Assembly (NCBI RefSeq): GCF_014384895.1
Contig: NZ_JACRSQ010000001.1
Location: 99,493 to 163,492 of the forward strand
Reading direction: 5' to 3'
From: Bianquea renquensis
Lineage (GTDB): Bacteria; Bacillota; Clostridia; Lachnospirales; Bianqueaceae
Length of the DNA: 64,000 nt
Positions 49,499 to 58,328 of this stretch are shown here, piece after piece. The translations under genes were made by a program, and so were the position numbers. The notes below the pieces were generated by a model. That model was not told the DNA's origin. It saw nothing but the letters and a program-made list of their open reading frames with translations, and made no database searches. Position 1 is the first letter of the stretch. Every line of letters starts with the position of its first letter.

Positions 49499-50777
49499 GC
49501 CTGGCGCTGTGGGGGGCGCCGTCAGGATTCCCTCATCCAAGAGCATCGGTCACCGGGCGATCATCTGTGCAGGGCTGACAGATGGGGTATCCACAATCCA
49601 CAATGTCACCATGTCGAAGGATATCGAAGCGACCATCGGCGCTATGAAAGCCCTGGAGGCCTCGATTGAATGCGGGAAAGAGGGGGCGCTGCGGGTCGTC
49701 GGCCTTCGATCGAGGACAGCGGCGCGGGACCGGATTGTTTCCATCGATTGTCATGAGTCGGGATCGACCCTTCGATTTATGATTCCCCTTGCCGCAGCTT
49801 TGGGGATACCGGCACAGTTTAGCGGGCAGGGGCGGTTGGCGGAACGGCCCCTGGATGTGTACTATGATTTGTTCCGCAAACAGAAGCTGCGGTATGAGAC
49901 ACAGAGCGGCGGCCTGCCATTGGTGGTGCTGGACCCTTTACAGCCGGGAACCTTTTCTGTGGCTGGAAATATCAGCTCCCAATTTATAACAGGACTGCTC
50001 CTGGCACTTCCGCTGCTGCAACAGGATTCCGTCATTGAGGTGACGGCGCCGCTGGAATCCATTCCCTATGTGGATTTGACGCTTCAGGTGCTGAGGACCT
50101 TTGGGATCACCGTTGAACACCAGGGGTATGAGCGGTTTCAGATACCGGGGGGACAGCGATATGAGGCGCAGGAGTGCACGGTGGAGGGGGATTACTCCCA
50201 GGCTGCCTTTTTTATGGCCGCCGCCGCTGTGGCGGGGAAGAAAGAGGGACTGTGTCTGGAGGGGTTGTCCCCGTGCTCTGCCCAGGGTGACCGGGTGATC
50301 TGTGATATTTTGCAATCTATGGGGGCTCGGATTGTCTGGGAGAGGGAGGATGCCGTGAAAGTGTATCCCTGTGAAAAATTGCGGGGAAGAACGCTGGACG
50401 TATCCCAGTGCCCGGATCTAGTTCCGATTTTGGCGGTGCTGGGCGCTTTCGCCGAGGGAACGACAGCCATCATCAACGCCCAGCGGCTGCGGTATAAAGA
50501 ATCCGACCGTTTGGCGGCGGTATGGGAGGAATTGTCCGCGGTTGGGGTGAACATCGAACAGACGGAGGACGGACTTCGCATCGCTGGCCGGCCCAATGGG
50601 GGATATCCCGGAGGTGAGGCGAAGAGCTGGAATGATCACCGCATTGCCATGGCCATGGCGATCTTGGCGCTGAAGACGCAAGGAGGCGTCTCTCTGACGG
50701 GAGCCGGCAGTGTAGCCAAATCGTGGCCTTCTTTTTGGGAGGATCTGACTAGGATAGGGGGAGTGCTACATGAGTGA
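49473..50777 (+). CDS. aroA: 3-phosphoshikimate 1-carboxyvinyltransferase (EPSP synthase)
   Basis: ..IPSSKSIGHRAIICAGL.. and ..DHRIAMAMAILAL.. EPSPS signatures. Start ATG 49473 follows RBS GGGAAGGAG. Confidence 0.9.
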   Translation: MMMDRVHVEPGAVGGAVRIPSSKSIGHRAIICAGLTDGVSTIHNVTMSKDIEATIGAMKALEASIECGKEGALRVVGLRSRTAARDRIVSIDCHESGSTLRFMIPLAAALGIPAQFSGQGRLAERPLDVYYDLFRKQKLRYETQSGGLPLVVLDPLQPGTFSVAGNISSQFITGLLLALPLLQQDSVIEVTAPLESIPYVDLTLQVLRTFGITVEHQGYERFQIPGGQRYEAQECTVEGDYSQAAFFMAAAAVAGKKEGLCLEGLSPCSAQGDRVICDILQSMGARIVWEREDAVKVYPCEKLRGRTLDVSQCPDLVPILAVLGAFAEGTTAIINAQRLRYKESDRLAAVWEELSAVGVNIEQTEDGLRIAGRPNGGYPGGEAKSWNDHRIAMAMAILALKTQGGVSLTGAGSVAKSWPSFWEDLTRIGGVLHE

Positions 50778-51891
50778 CGTTTGGGGGAATGCTGTCAAGC
50801 TGTCGATTTTTGGGGAGTCCCACGGCCCAGCCATTGGAGTCGTCCTCGATGGAATCGAGCCGGGCGTGCGGCTTGACATGGAGGAAATCCGGAGGCAGAT
50901 GGCGCGCCGGGCGCCAGGGCAAAGGCTGTCCACGCCGAGAAAGGAAGCGGATGAAGTCCAGATACTCAGCGGGGTTCGGGACGGCTTAACCTGTGGCACA
51001 TCCATCTGCGCCATGATCGCCAACACCAATACCCGCTCAGCGGATTATGAGCGGACGGCGGCGCTGCTGCGGCCGTCCCACGCGGATTATACAGGGCATA
51101 TCAAATATAAGGGGTTTGAGGATTTTCGAGGGGGTGGCCATTTTTCTGGCAGGATCACAGCTCCCATCGTGTTCGCAGGGGCGGTGTGCCAGCAGATTCT
51201 CAGAGAGAGGCTCGGGGTCGTGGCCGGCAGCCATATTCTCCAGCTGTACAAGGCGGGGGAAGGGGCATTTGAGGATGAAGATTTGACGGAGGAAACGCTG
51301 GACAAGCTTTCCCACAGGAGGATCCCCACCCTTCGAGCGGATCTGGAGAGCCAGATCGAGGCCATTATTGAGAGCGCCAGAATGAGCCTGGATTCCGTGG
51401 GCGGCATAGTGGAGACGGCCTTCCTCAATCTTCCAGCTGGGCTGGGAGATCCCTTTTTTGATTCCATGGAGAGCCGGATCTCCCATCTGTTATTTTCTGT
51501 TCCGGCTGTGAAGGGCGTTTCCTTTGGAAGTGGCTTTGGATTTGCAAAGATGAAGGGGTCGGAGGCCAATGATCCCTTCTATCTTGACGATGGTGCAGTC
51601 CGCACCCGCTCGAACCACAATGGAGGGATTTTGGGCGGCATTACCAGCGGAATGCCCCTTGTCTTTCAGACGGTGATCAAGCCGACAGCGTCCATTGCAA
51701 GGCCCCAGCAAACGGTGAATCTGACCGCGATGAAGGAAGAGACCTTATCCATCACCGGGCGCCATGATCCCTGTATCGTCCTTCGAGCCATTCCGGTGCT
51801 GGAGGCCATGGGGGCCATCGCAATTTATGATGCGTGGAGGAGTGATAGTTTTGGGCTGACGCCGGAAACTTCACGCAACGAGAACGGTTGA
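50770..51891 (+). CDS. aroC: Chorismate synthase
   Basis: ..LSIFGESHGPAIGVVLDG.. N-terminal signature and ..GRHDPCIV... Confidence 0.9.
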   Translation: MSDVWGNAVKLSIFGESHGPAIGVVLDGIEPGVRLDMEEIRRQMARRAPGQRLSTPRKEADEVQILSGVRDGLTCGTSICAMIANTNTRSADYERTAALLRPSHADYTGHIKYKGFEDFRGGGHFSGRITAPIVFAGAVCQQILRERLGVVAGSHILQLYKAGEGAFEDEDLTEETLDKLSHRRIPTLRADLESQIEAIIESARMSLDSVGGIVETAFLNLPAGLGDPFFDSMESRISHLLFSVPAVKGVSFGSGFGFAKMKGSEANDPFYLDDGAVRTRSNHNGGILGGITSGMPLVFQTVIKPTASIARPQQTVNLTAMKEETLSITGRHDPCIVLRAIPVLEAMGAIAIYDAWRSDSFGLTPETSRNENG

Positions 51892-51912
51892 AGCGGTAGC
51901 ATGGAGGTAAAT

Positions 51913-53031
51913 ATGAGTGAAGAGATACAATCCCTGAGACAGCAGATCAATGAGGTGGATGAACAGCTGGCGGAGCTATTTGACCGCCGTATGACCATAT
52001 CTAAGGGTGTGGCGCTCTATAAGAAGGAGCATAATCTGCCGATTTTTGATAAAGAGCGGGAGCAACAGGTTCTCGCCCGGGTTGTGGAAGCCTACCCCCA
52101 CCGGGACCAAGCGTTTCACAAGTCCTTGGTCACATTTTTTCAGACGGTCATGGATCTCAGCAAGGAGAGCCAGAAGCAGTGGATCACCGACCAGGTGGCG
52201 ATTGGCTACTACGGAGTGCCAGGTTCCTTTTCCAATGAGGCGTTAGAGTGTTTTTTTGGCACAGACGGAGTCTATAAAAGTTATCGCACCTTTGAGGAGG
52301 AGTTTCAAGCGCTGGCGGAGGGGGAGATCCGGTATGGCGTATTCCCCATTGAGAATTCGACCACGGGTATCATCAGCGAGGTCTACGATCTCTTGGCCGC
52401 CTATGATTTCTACATTGTACGGGAAGGTTCCCTGCGCATCGAGCAGAATCTTCTGGGCCTTCCGGGGGCGACGCTTGAGGAGATCACGGAGGTGTACTCC
52501 CACGCCCAGGGATTTGCACAGTCGGCTGAGTTTTTCAGCGGCCATCCCAACTGGACCTTGATCCCGTTCTACAGCACGGCAAAAAGCGCAGAGCGGGTGG
52601 CGAAGGAACAGGATCCGAGGAAAGCGTGCGTGGCGGGAAAGAAAGCGGCGAAACTCCATGGGCTTGAAATTTTGCAGGCGGGGATTCAAGACAATTCGCA
52701 GAATTTTACCCGTTTTGTGGTGATCAGCCCCAACATGGAGGTTCCAACTGGAGCCAATAAGATCAGCCTGTACTTTACGCTGGAGCACAAGCCGGGCAGT
52801 CTGTTCGCGGCGCTGGAGGAGATCTCAAAGCGGGGGCTCAACATGCTGAAAATCGAATCGCGTCCCATCAAGGGACAGATTTGGGAGTACAGCTTTTTTG
52901 TAGACCTTGAAGGGAATGTGGATGATCCGTCTGTGGCGGATGCCCTGCGAATGGCGCGGCAACATTGTATCGATTGGAAGATCCTCGGCAATTACGCGCT
53001 AAAGCCCGCCGGCTCCCTGTCATCCCAGTGA
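51913..53031 (+). CDS. pheA: Bifunctional chorismate mutase / prephenate dehydratase
   Basis: N-terminal AroQ CM (..LRQQINEVDEQLAELFDRRM.ISKGVALYK..), a PDT domain (..IGYYGVPGSFSNEA..) and a C-terminal ACT. Confidence 0.85.
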   Translation: MSEEIQSLRQQINEVDEQLAELFDRRMTISKGVALYKKEHNLPIFDKEREQQVLARVVEAYPHRDQAFHKSLVTFFQTVMDLSKESQKQWITDQVAIGYYGVPGSFSNEALECFFGTDGVYKSYRTFEEEFQALAEGEIRYGVFPIENSTTGIISEVYDLLAAYDFYIVREGSLRIEQNLLGLPGATLEEITEVYSHAQGFAQSAEFFSGHPNWTLIPFYSTAKSAERVAKEQDPRKACVAGKKAAKLHGLEILQAGIQDNSQNFTRFVVISPNMEVPTGANKISLYFTLEHKPGSLFAALEEISKRGLNMLKIESRPIKGQIWEYSFFVDLEGNVDDPSVADALRMARQHCIDWKILGNYALKPAGSLSSQ

Positions 53032-53051
53032 GAGAGGAGAGGGAGACTTTG

Positions 53052-53543
53052 ATGAAGGATGTGACGATCTATACGGACGGTGCCTGTCGAGGCAATCCCG
53101 GCAACGGCGGGTATGGCGTGGTCCTGCAATTTCGGGATGAACAGGGGAAACTCTTTCAGAAGGAGATGGCGAAGGGATACCGCATGACCACCAACAACCG
53201 CATGGAGATCTTGGCGGCGGTGGAGGGACTGGCCGCGCTCAAGATTCCGTGTCGGGTTGCGCTGTACTCGGATTCCCAGTACCTGGTCAATGCCATTGAA
53301 AAGGGGTGGGTGGAAAAGTGGAGGCGAAACGGCTGGTATCGGGACGCGAAGCGGAAGGAGACTGCGAAAAATGTGGACCTGTGGAAGCGGCTTCTGGAGC
53401 TTCTGGCGTATCACCAGGTGCAGTTCCATTGGGTCAAGGGGCACGCGGACAATCCTATGAACAACCGCTGCGATCAGTTGGCGGTGGCGGCCGCTCTGGA
53501 CCAGAGCCATTGGCTGGAGGACGAGGAATTTCGGGATGAATGA
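53052..53543 (+). CDS. rnhA: Ribonuclease HI
   Basis: ..IYTDGACRGNPGNGGYG.VL.. with ..E..A...L.....V.LYSDSQY.. and ..W.KGHA... Start ATG 53052 follows RBS GAGAGGAGAGGGAG. Confidence 0.85.
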   Translation: MKDVTIYTDGACRGNPGNGGYGVVLQFRDEQGKLFQKEMAKGYRMTTNNRMEILAAVEGLAALKIPCRVALYSDSQYLVNAIEKGWVEKWRRNGWYRDAKRKETAKNVDLWKRLLELLAYHQVQFHWVKGHADNPMNNRCDQLAVAAALDQSHWLEDEEFRDE

Positions 53544-53694
53544 GCGGAGTTATGGGGTGTCCTATGCCCAATTTGTCGCTGCATAGGAAAGATTCATAGA
53601 AGTGTTGTTGCAGCAAAGATAGGATATTGACGATATTCTAAATTTCTGCCTAATGGATACGATGGAAGAAGTGAACTTTTTTGTGTATAGTAGG

Positions 53695-53736
53695 CTTGGC
53701 TGCCGTGGAGGTGCAACTCCCTGGCGGCCTTTTTTG
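53695..53736 (+). terminator. Rho-independent terminator closing the his/aro/rnhA transcription unit
   Basis: GC-rich imperfect hairpin GGCTGCCGTGGAG..CTCCCTGGCGGCC followed by TTTTTT. Confidence 0.5.
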
Positions 53737-54102
53737 ATGTAATAGTCTCGGGAAATTCAATGTGGAGAATGACGGATGCATTTGATGCATAAGCGCGATT
53801 TTATCCATATAATGGTGTATAAAAGTTTGAATTCAATGCGATATTTAGCCAAAATTTCTATACTGTGTCGAAATATGGCATTTTTTTATCCATATATGGC
53901 AGAAAATTGGGTTGTCTGATTACGGTAAAATATAGTAGAATAAGTATATTAATTTTAGAGAGAGATACCGTTGGTAAAGCGATTATTGATTTGGATTGAT
54001 TGTATACATGATTTGGGCTGTGTAATACTTTTTAATCTGTTCTTTCAAACCGATGCGAGTTCAGGTTTTTAAGAAATAAAATAATGTGGAGGTGTACTGT
54101 TT

Positions 54103-54516
54103 ATGAAAAAAATCAAGAAAGTTGTCTCTCTAATGCTGCTGACATTTATTGTGGCCTCTGTGGTGGCGGTTCCGGTCATGGCGGCGACAGATCCGCCCTA
54201 TAGTTATGGGTGGCTAATGCCGGCTGAGTTCAAGGGAAGCGCGCGGTCCACCGCTTTGATGGAAAAAACATCTGCCTATACGACGCCCTATGTCAACCCA
54301 TCAATTAATACCCTTCCGACGGCCTATTATCTGTCTCCGGCACGGCTTAGCACCATCAATGCAACCGATGAAATCACGCTTAACGCGCCAGGCAAGCGGA
54401 ACTTTACATGGAGGTCCGGGTATGGAGGAGTGGGACAATCCTACTGTTTGACGGCATATCCTAATATGAATGGAGATTGGGACGAGTATACGATCCGGGG
54501 AACTTGGAGTCATTGA
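54103..54516 (+). CDS. Small exported protein of unknown function (signal peptide + ~110-aa mature part)
   Basis: MKKIKKVVSLMLLTFIVASVVAVPVMAATDP.. is a Sec signal with an AxA cleavage site. The gene has lower GC than the flanking core genes and follows a 560-bp AT-rich region. Confidence 0.4.
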   Translation: MKKIKKVVSLMLLTFIVASVVAVPVMAATDPPYSYGWLMPAEFKGSARSTALMEKTSAYTTPYVNPSINTLPTAYYLSPARLSTINATDEITLNAPGKRNFTWRSGYGGVGQSYCLTAYPNMNGDWDEYTIRGTWSH

Positions 54517-54625
54517 CGGTGGAGTCTGAGACGGTAGGTTGACTTTTGTGCAGAAGGGGTCCCAATACTCGCTCCGGACTCCTTCTGCGCGATAGATCCT
54601 ATTTTTCAATGGGGGAGGCATTTCC

Positions 54626-55762
54626 ATGGGAAAGTCTAATTTTTATGCGAGAAGAAAGGGGAGCTTGCGGCGAACGGTACTTCTGTGTGGTGCCCTGAGT
54701 TTTCTGTTGACAGCCTGCACAGGCAGAAATCCTTCCCAGGAGGAGCCGCTAGTATTGCCCGACAGCTTGAAATTGACGGCGGAGCTGCCCGGGGAGTATC
54801 CAGATCAGGCCAAAACGTATACGGTGGATTGGCTGGAGGTGGAGGAGGAAACAGCGGTGCAGGCCCTGTTCAAGGGAGAGACAAGAGAGTGGACTCAGTG
54901 GGCGGTGGGAAGGCAATTGCTCTCGGAGGATGAGGAAGTCTGCGAATCCTTATTAATTTATGATGGCGTTGTTGAGGGGGGATTATCGTATTCATATGAT
55001 ACGAAAGACTTTTCACTCGGGGGAGTTGCAAGCTATTACCCGGGATATCCGGACACTATGGAACAGCTAAATGGATATTATGGATATCATGACATGCAGG
55101 ATTATGCGACAGAAGGAGATCTTTCATTTAAAGGGCAATCCGAGGCTTCAGAGGAGATCGAAGAGCTGCTGTACGCCTGCGGATTTCCCCAACTTCAATT
55201 ACAGCAAGCCTATCTGTTGGACGCAAAGACGATGAATGAACATCTGGCCCTATATAACGAGTATAGGACTCAGATTCAAGAGAGTCGAGAGGAGTACGAG
55301 TTTACCCAGGAGGATGAGTGCTATCTGTTCCATCACCGGCAGGTGCTGGACGGGATTCCGTTTGCTAACTTAATCTGGACAAAGGGAACGCGGGATATGT
55401 CTACAGAAACGGTCATGTATTCCCTGTATGGCAAGAATGGTATACTACAGATAGAGGCAAGACAGTTTTATGAAATACAGGAACCGCTTTCAGCGGATGC
55501 GGTCATCAGCCCAGAAGAGGCCGTTGCGGCCTATGTGGAGGAGTACACCAAAGCGCTCCAATTTGAAGAAACGGAGATCTTTGCCGTGGAGCTCAACTAT
55601 ATTGTCATGTATGATGAGGGCGCCATGTATGCCAAGCCCGCCTGGATCCTCTCGTCGAAACGTAAGACGCAGTATGAAGAGGCAACCGTGGATGAATATG
55701 GGGTGACGGCAGTCTCGGCTGTGACGGGGATTCTGATTCAGAACGGGACGGATCTACGGTAA
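54626..55762 (+). CDS. Putative lipoprotein of unknown function
   Basis: Basic N-region then ..LLCGALSFLLTAC.. (lipobox LTAC); acidic mature domain with no recognisable family. Confidence 0.45.
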   Translation: MGKSNFYARRKGSLRRTVLLCGALSFLLTACTGRNPSQEEPLVLPDSLKLTAELPGEYPDQAKTYTVDWLEVEEETAVQALFKGETREWTQWAVGRQLLSEDEEVCESLLIYDGVVEGGLSYSYDTKDFSLGGVASYYPGYPDTMEQLNGYYGYHDMQDYATEGDLSFKGQSEASEEIEELLYACGFPQLQLQQAYLLDAKTMNEHLALYNEYRTQIQESREEYEFTQEDECYLFHHRQVLDGIPFANLIWTKGTRDMSTETVMYSLYGKNGILQIEARQFYEIQEPLSADAVISPEEAVAAYVEEYTKALQFEETEIFAVELNYIVMYDEGAMYAKPAWILSSKRKTQYEEATVDEYGVTAVSAVTGILIQNGTDLR

Positions 55763-55805
55763 TCGGATGAAAAATAAGCTCGATCCCTTACTTTTATACT
55801 GGGCT

Positions 55806-55876
55806 ATTTGTGTTGGAGCGCCACAGATGGCTCTGGTGGCAGAATTTGCCCCATCGCTAGCGCTCCAGAACGGAGG
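55806..55876 (+). ncRNA. Conserved structured 5' leader (copy A) preceding the ABC-2 exporter operon; candidate cis-regulatory RNA or riboswitch
   Basis: About 90 % identical to 59358-59428. It has an outer helix GGAGCGC(55815-21)/GCGCTCC(55860-66). An alternative helix CTCC:GGAG would sequester the RBS GGAGG (55872-76) 5 nt before ATG 55882. Confidence 0.5.
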
Positions 55877-55881
55877 TTAGA

Positions 55882-56652
55882 ATGAGATTCTTGCGTCTAT
55901 TGAGGGAACATCTCAGACAGGCGCTATCCTGGCGGCTAGTCGTATGCGGGGTGGGCGTCACGCTTGTCATGACAGGAGCAATTTCGGGGTTGATCGTTGA
56001 TTCGTCAGAGCCTTCTGTCTGGTATATGTTGAATAAAAGCATATTGGGAAGTGGAGCATTCTCGACAGCGATCTGTATTTTGCCGGCGCTGACCTACTCG
56101 GTCACGCTGCCCATGGAGTGGAAGGCGTCCGCAACTCCCTATTGGATCGTGCGGACGGGGATTTCGCCCTACGCCATCTCAAAGATGATTGTCAGTGCCG
56201 TTGCAGGGTTGCTAACCCTTGCCGTTGGGATGCTGCTCTTTGTCGGGATTTTCAGCATCAGGTATCCTATATATATATCGTCATGCACCGACACTGCCTA
56301 TGACGCATTGCTGGCGGAGGGGAAGATCGCAGCTGGTTTGGCAGGCTATATCCTGAATTACAGTTTATCCGGGGCGCTGGCGGCTGCATGTGGTACGTTT
56401 GTGGCCACCTTTATCCCCGACCCGTTTGTGGCGGCCTCGTCGCCGCTCCTTGTGTATTTTACCTTGACGCGCCTGACATCGGGAAAGAACCTGCCAGGGA
56501 TCTTAAATCCCCTCTTCTGGATGGAAGGAATCGTGGCGACGTCCTCCGCTGGGCAGGCGATTTTGGAGAAGTTCATCGTGATTGCCATCCTATGTACCGG
56601 AATGAGTCTCGCAGCAATCTGGCAGATGAAACGGAGGGTGCGAAATGCATAG
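55882..56652 (+). CDS. ABC-2-type transporter permease (LanE/G-like, 6 TM)
   Basis: Polytopic hydrophobic 256-aa protein with no soluble domain, first of three genes ending in an ABC ATPase. Confidence 0.5.
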   Translation: MRFLRLLREHLRQALSWRLVVCGVGVTLVMTGAISGLIVDSSEPSVWYMLNKSILGSGAFSTAICILPALTYSVTLPMEWKASATPYWIVRTGISPYAISKMIVSAVAGLLTLAVGMLLFVGIFSIRYPIYISSCTDTAYDALLAEGKIAAGLAGYILNYSLSGALAAACGTFVATFIPDPFVAASSPLLVYFTLTRLTSGKNLPGILNPLFWMEGIVATSSAGQAILEKFIVIAILCTGMSLAAIWQMKRRVRNA

Positions 56653-57508
56653 CGTCAAGGCAATGGTTCTCTGTGTTAGAATCAGTCTATCCAAGCTTCT
56701 ATCCAATCCGAAAACCTATGTCATGTTGGCCATCATGGCGATTTTTCATTATTACAGCTATGCGCCCCTGGCGACTATCGCCAGATACTATGGGATATCC
56801 GTGACGCCGTGGGTATTCCCCTTCTACATGTCGAGGGCGCCGATGCTGACGGTGTTTGGGGGGCTGTGTATCTTACTGTTCTCCGATGCTCCCTTCCTAG
56901 ACGCCTATTCCCAGTTTATCATTGCGCGCTGTGGGCGGCGGCCCTTTATCGTAGGCCAAGTTCTGTATATCCTGGCCGCTTCCTTTCTCTTTACGGTGTG
57001 TATGGTTTTGCTGTCGCTGCTGTATATCCTGCCAGTGATGGAGTGGAGCACCGACTGGGGGACGCTGCTGAATACGCTGGCGCAGTCGTCGTTAGAGGTT
57101 CGGGAGCAGACAGGCGTGACCCTGTCCATCAGTGTCAGTGAGGAGTTTCTACAGCTAGTATCGCCCATAAGGGCGATGTCGGTGGCATTCCTCTGCATGT
57201 GGCTGGTGACAGCCTTCCTCGGACTCATAATAAGCTTCTTCAATGTGGTGGTGACGAAGATGAGTGGAGTTGTAGCGGCAGGGGTGCTGGTGAGTCTCTC
57301 GTTTTTTGCCGTCTATTGGGGTGCTAACAGCATCGGGCGATGGCTGCTGTTTATATCCCCGGTGTCCTGGAGCCGGATGGGCGACTTGGATTGGACTTAC
57401 AGTGGAATGTGGCCGTCGCCGACATACGCAGTGGTGGTGCTGACAGTGGGGATTGTCCTGTTGGGGACCGGCAGCGCGATCAAATTTTGCCGGCGGGATC
57501 TGAACTGA
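56645..57508 (+). CDS. ABC-2-type transporter permease (second subunit)
   Basis: 287-aa polytopic membrane protein overlapping the upstream gene by 8 nt and followed by the ATPase. Confidence 0.5.
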   Translation: MHSVKAMVLCVRISLSKLLSNPKTYVMLAIMAIFHYYSYAPLATIARYYGISVTPWVFPFYMSRAPMLTVFGGLCILLFSDAPFLDAYSQFIIARCGRRPFIVGQVLYILAASFLFTVCMVLLSLLYILPVMEWSTDWGTLLNTLAQSSLEVREQTGVTLSISVSEEFLQLVSPIRAMSVAFLCMWLVTAFLGLIISFFNVVVTKMSGVVAAGVLVSLSFFAVYWGANSIGRWLLFISPVSWSRMGDLDWTYSGMWPSPTYAVVVLTVGIVLLGTGSAIKFCRRDLN

Positions 57509-57526
57509 GAGAAGGGAGAGAGGAAA

Positions 57527-58189
57527 ATGGCAACATACGCGGTGGAGGTCAAAAAGGCAGTGAAGGAGTTTAAGGAGACGAAGGCGCTGGACGATGTTAC
57601 GCTGTCCTTCGAATCGGGGAAAATCCACGGGATCGTCGGGCGGAACGGCTCCGGCAAGACAGTGCTCCTGAAATGTATCTGTGGGTTCATGGAACTGACG
57701 TCGGGACAGATTCTTGTCCAGGGACAGAAGGTGGTCCCCGCCAAACCTCAGAATATTGGGATTATCATAGAAAGCCCAGGATTTATCGGGTCGCAGAGCG
57801 GATTCAAGAACTTGTACCATCTGGCTTCTCTGAATGGAAAGTTGACGCGCCAGGAGGTGGAAGGGGTGATCAAGCTGGTGGGATTGGATCCCCAAAATAA
57901 GAAGCCGGTGCGGAAATACTCCCTTGGGATGCGGCAGAGGCTGGGAATCGCCCAGGCTATCATGGAAGATCCGCCACTGCTGCTTTTGGACGAGCCCATG
58001 AACGGCCTGGACAATCAGGGGGTGGCGGACGTGCGGGTGATTCTGGCCAGACTGCGGGACGAGGGGAAAACCATCATTCTGGCCAGCCATAGCAAGGAGG
58101 ATATCGACATCCTGTGCGATACAGTCTGCGAACTGGACCACGGCCGTCTCATCCACAGGCGGGAGGCGGAGAGTCAAATCGATGCATAA
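57527..58189 (+). CDS. ABC transporter ATP-binding protein (short ABC-2 family ATPase, LanF-like)
   Basis: Walker A GRNGSGKT, a Q-loop, signature SLGMRQR, Walker B LLLLDEP and an H-loop ..ASH.. in 220 aa. Confidence 0.85.
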   Translation: MATYAVEVKKAVKEFKETKALDDVTLSFESGKIHGIVGRNGSGKTVLLKCICGFMELTSGQILVQGQKVVPAKPQNIGIIIESPGFIGSQSGFKNLYHLASLNGKLTRQEVEGVIKLVGLDPQNKKPVRKYSLGMRQRLGIAQAIMEDPPLLLLDEPMNGLDNQGVADVRVILARLRDEGKTIILASHSKEDIDILCDTVCELDHGRLIHRREAESQIDA

Positions 58190-58328
58190 AGTGTCCCCCG
58201 GCGGAATAGGCTACTAACAGAATGCGTAGCCGGACAAAGGCGCAGGGGGATCCAGCATGTGGGATAGAAAACGAAACGTTGGCTTTGGAAGGCTTTCCGG
58301 AACGAAAGAGACCGGAGAGCTTTTTTGT

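Noticed and set aside
55806-55876. Assignment of the duplicated leader to a known riboswitch class (guanidine-I/ykkC, ppGpp/PRPP ykkC-2, ZTP, fluoride, preQ1, SAM-II/V/VI, purine, c-di-GMP)
   Set aside because: None of the signature motifs I can recall for these classes (for example GGGA..ACGR loops, GGUCCGAGAG, UGGCGAUGGNGUUCGCC, CCGCCUGGGCA) are present. The element is left unclassified rather than given an unsupported class.
57155-58177. 340-aa His/Pro/Gln-rich minus-strand ORF
   Set aside because: It lies antisense to the ABC ATPase gene, which has all Walker, signature and H-loop motifs. Its composition is typical of a shadow frame.
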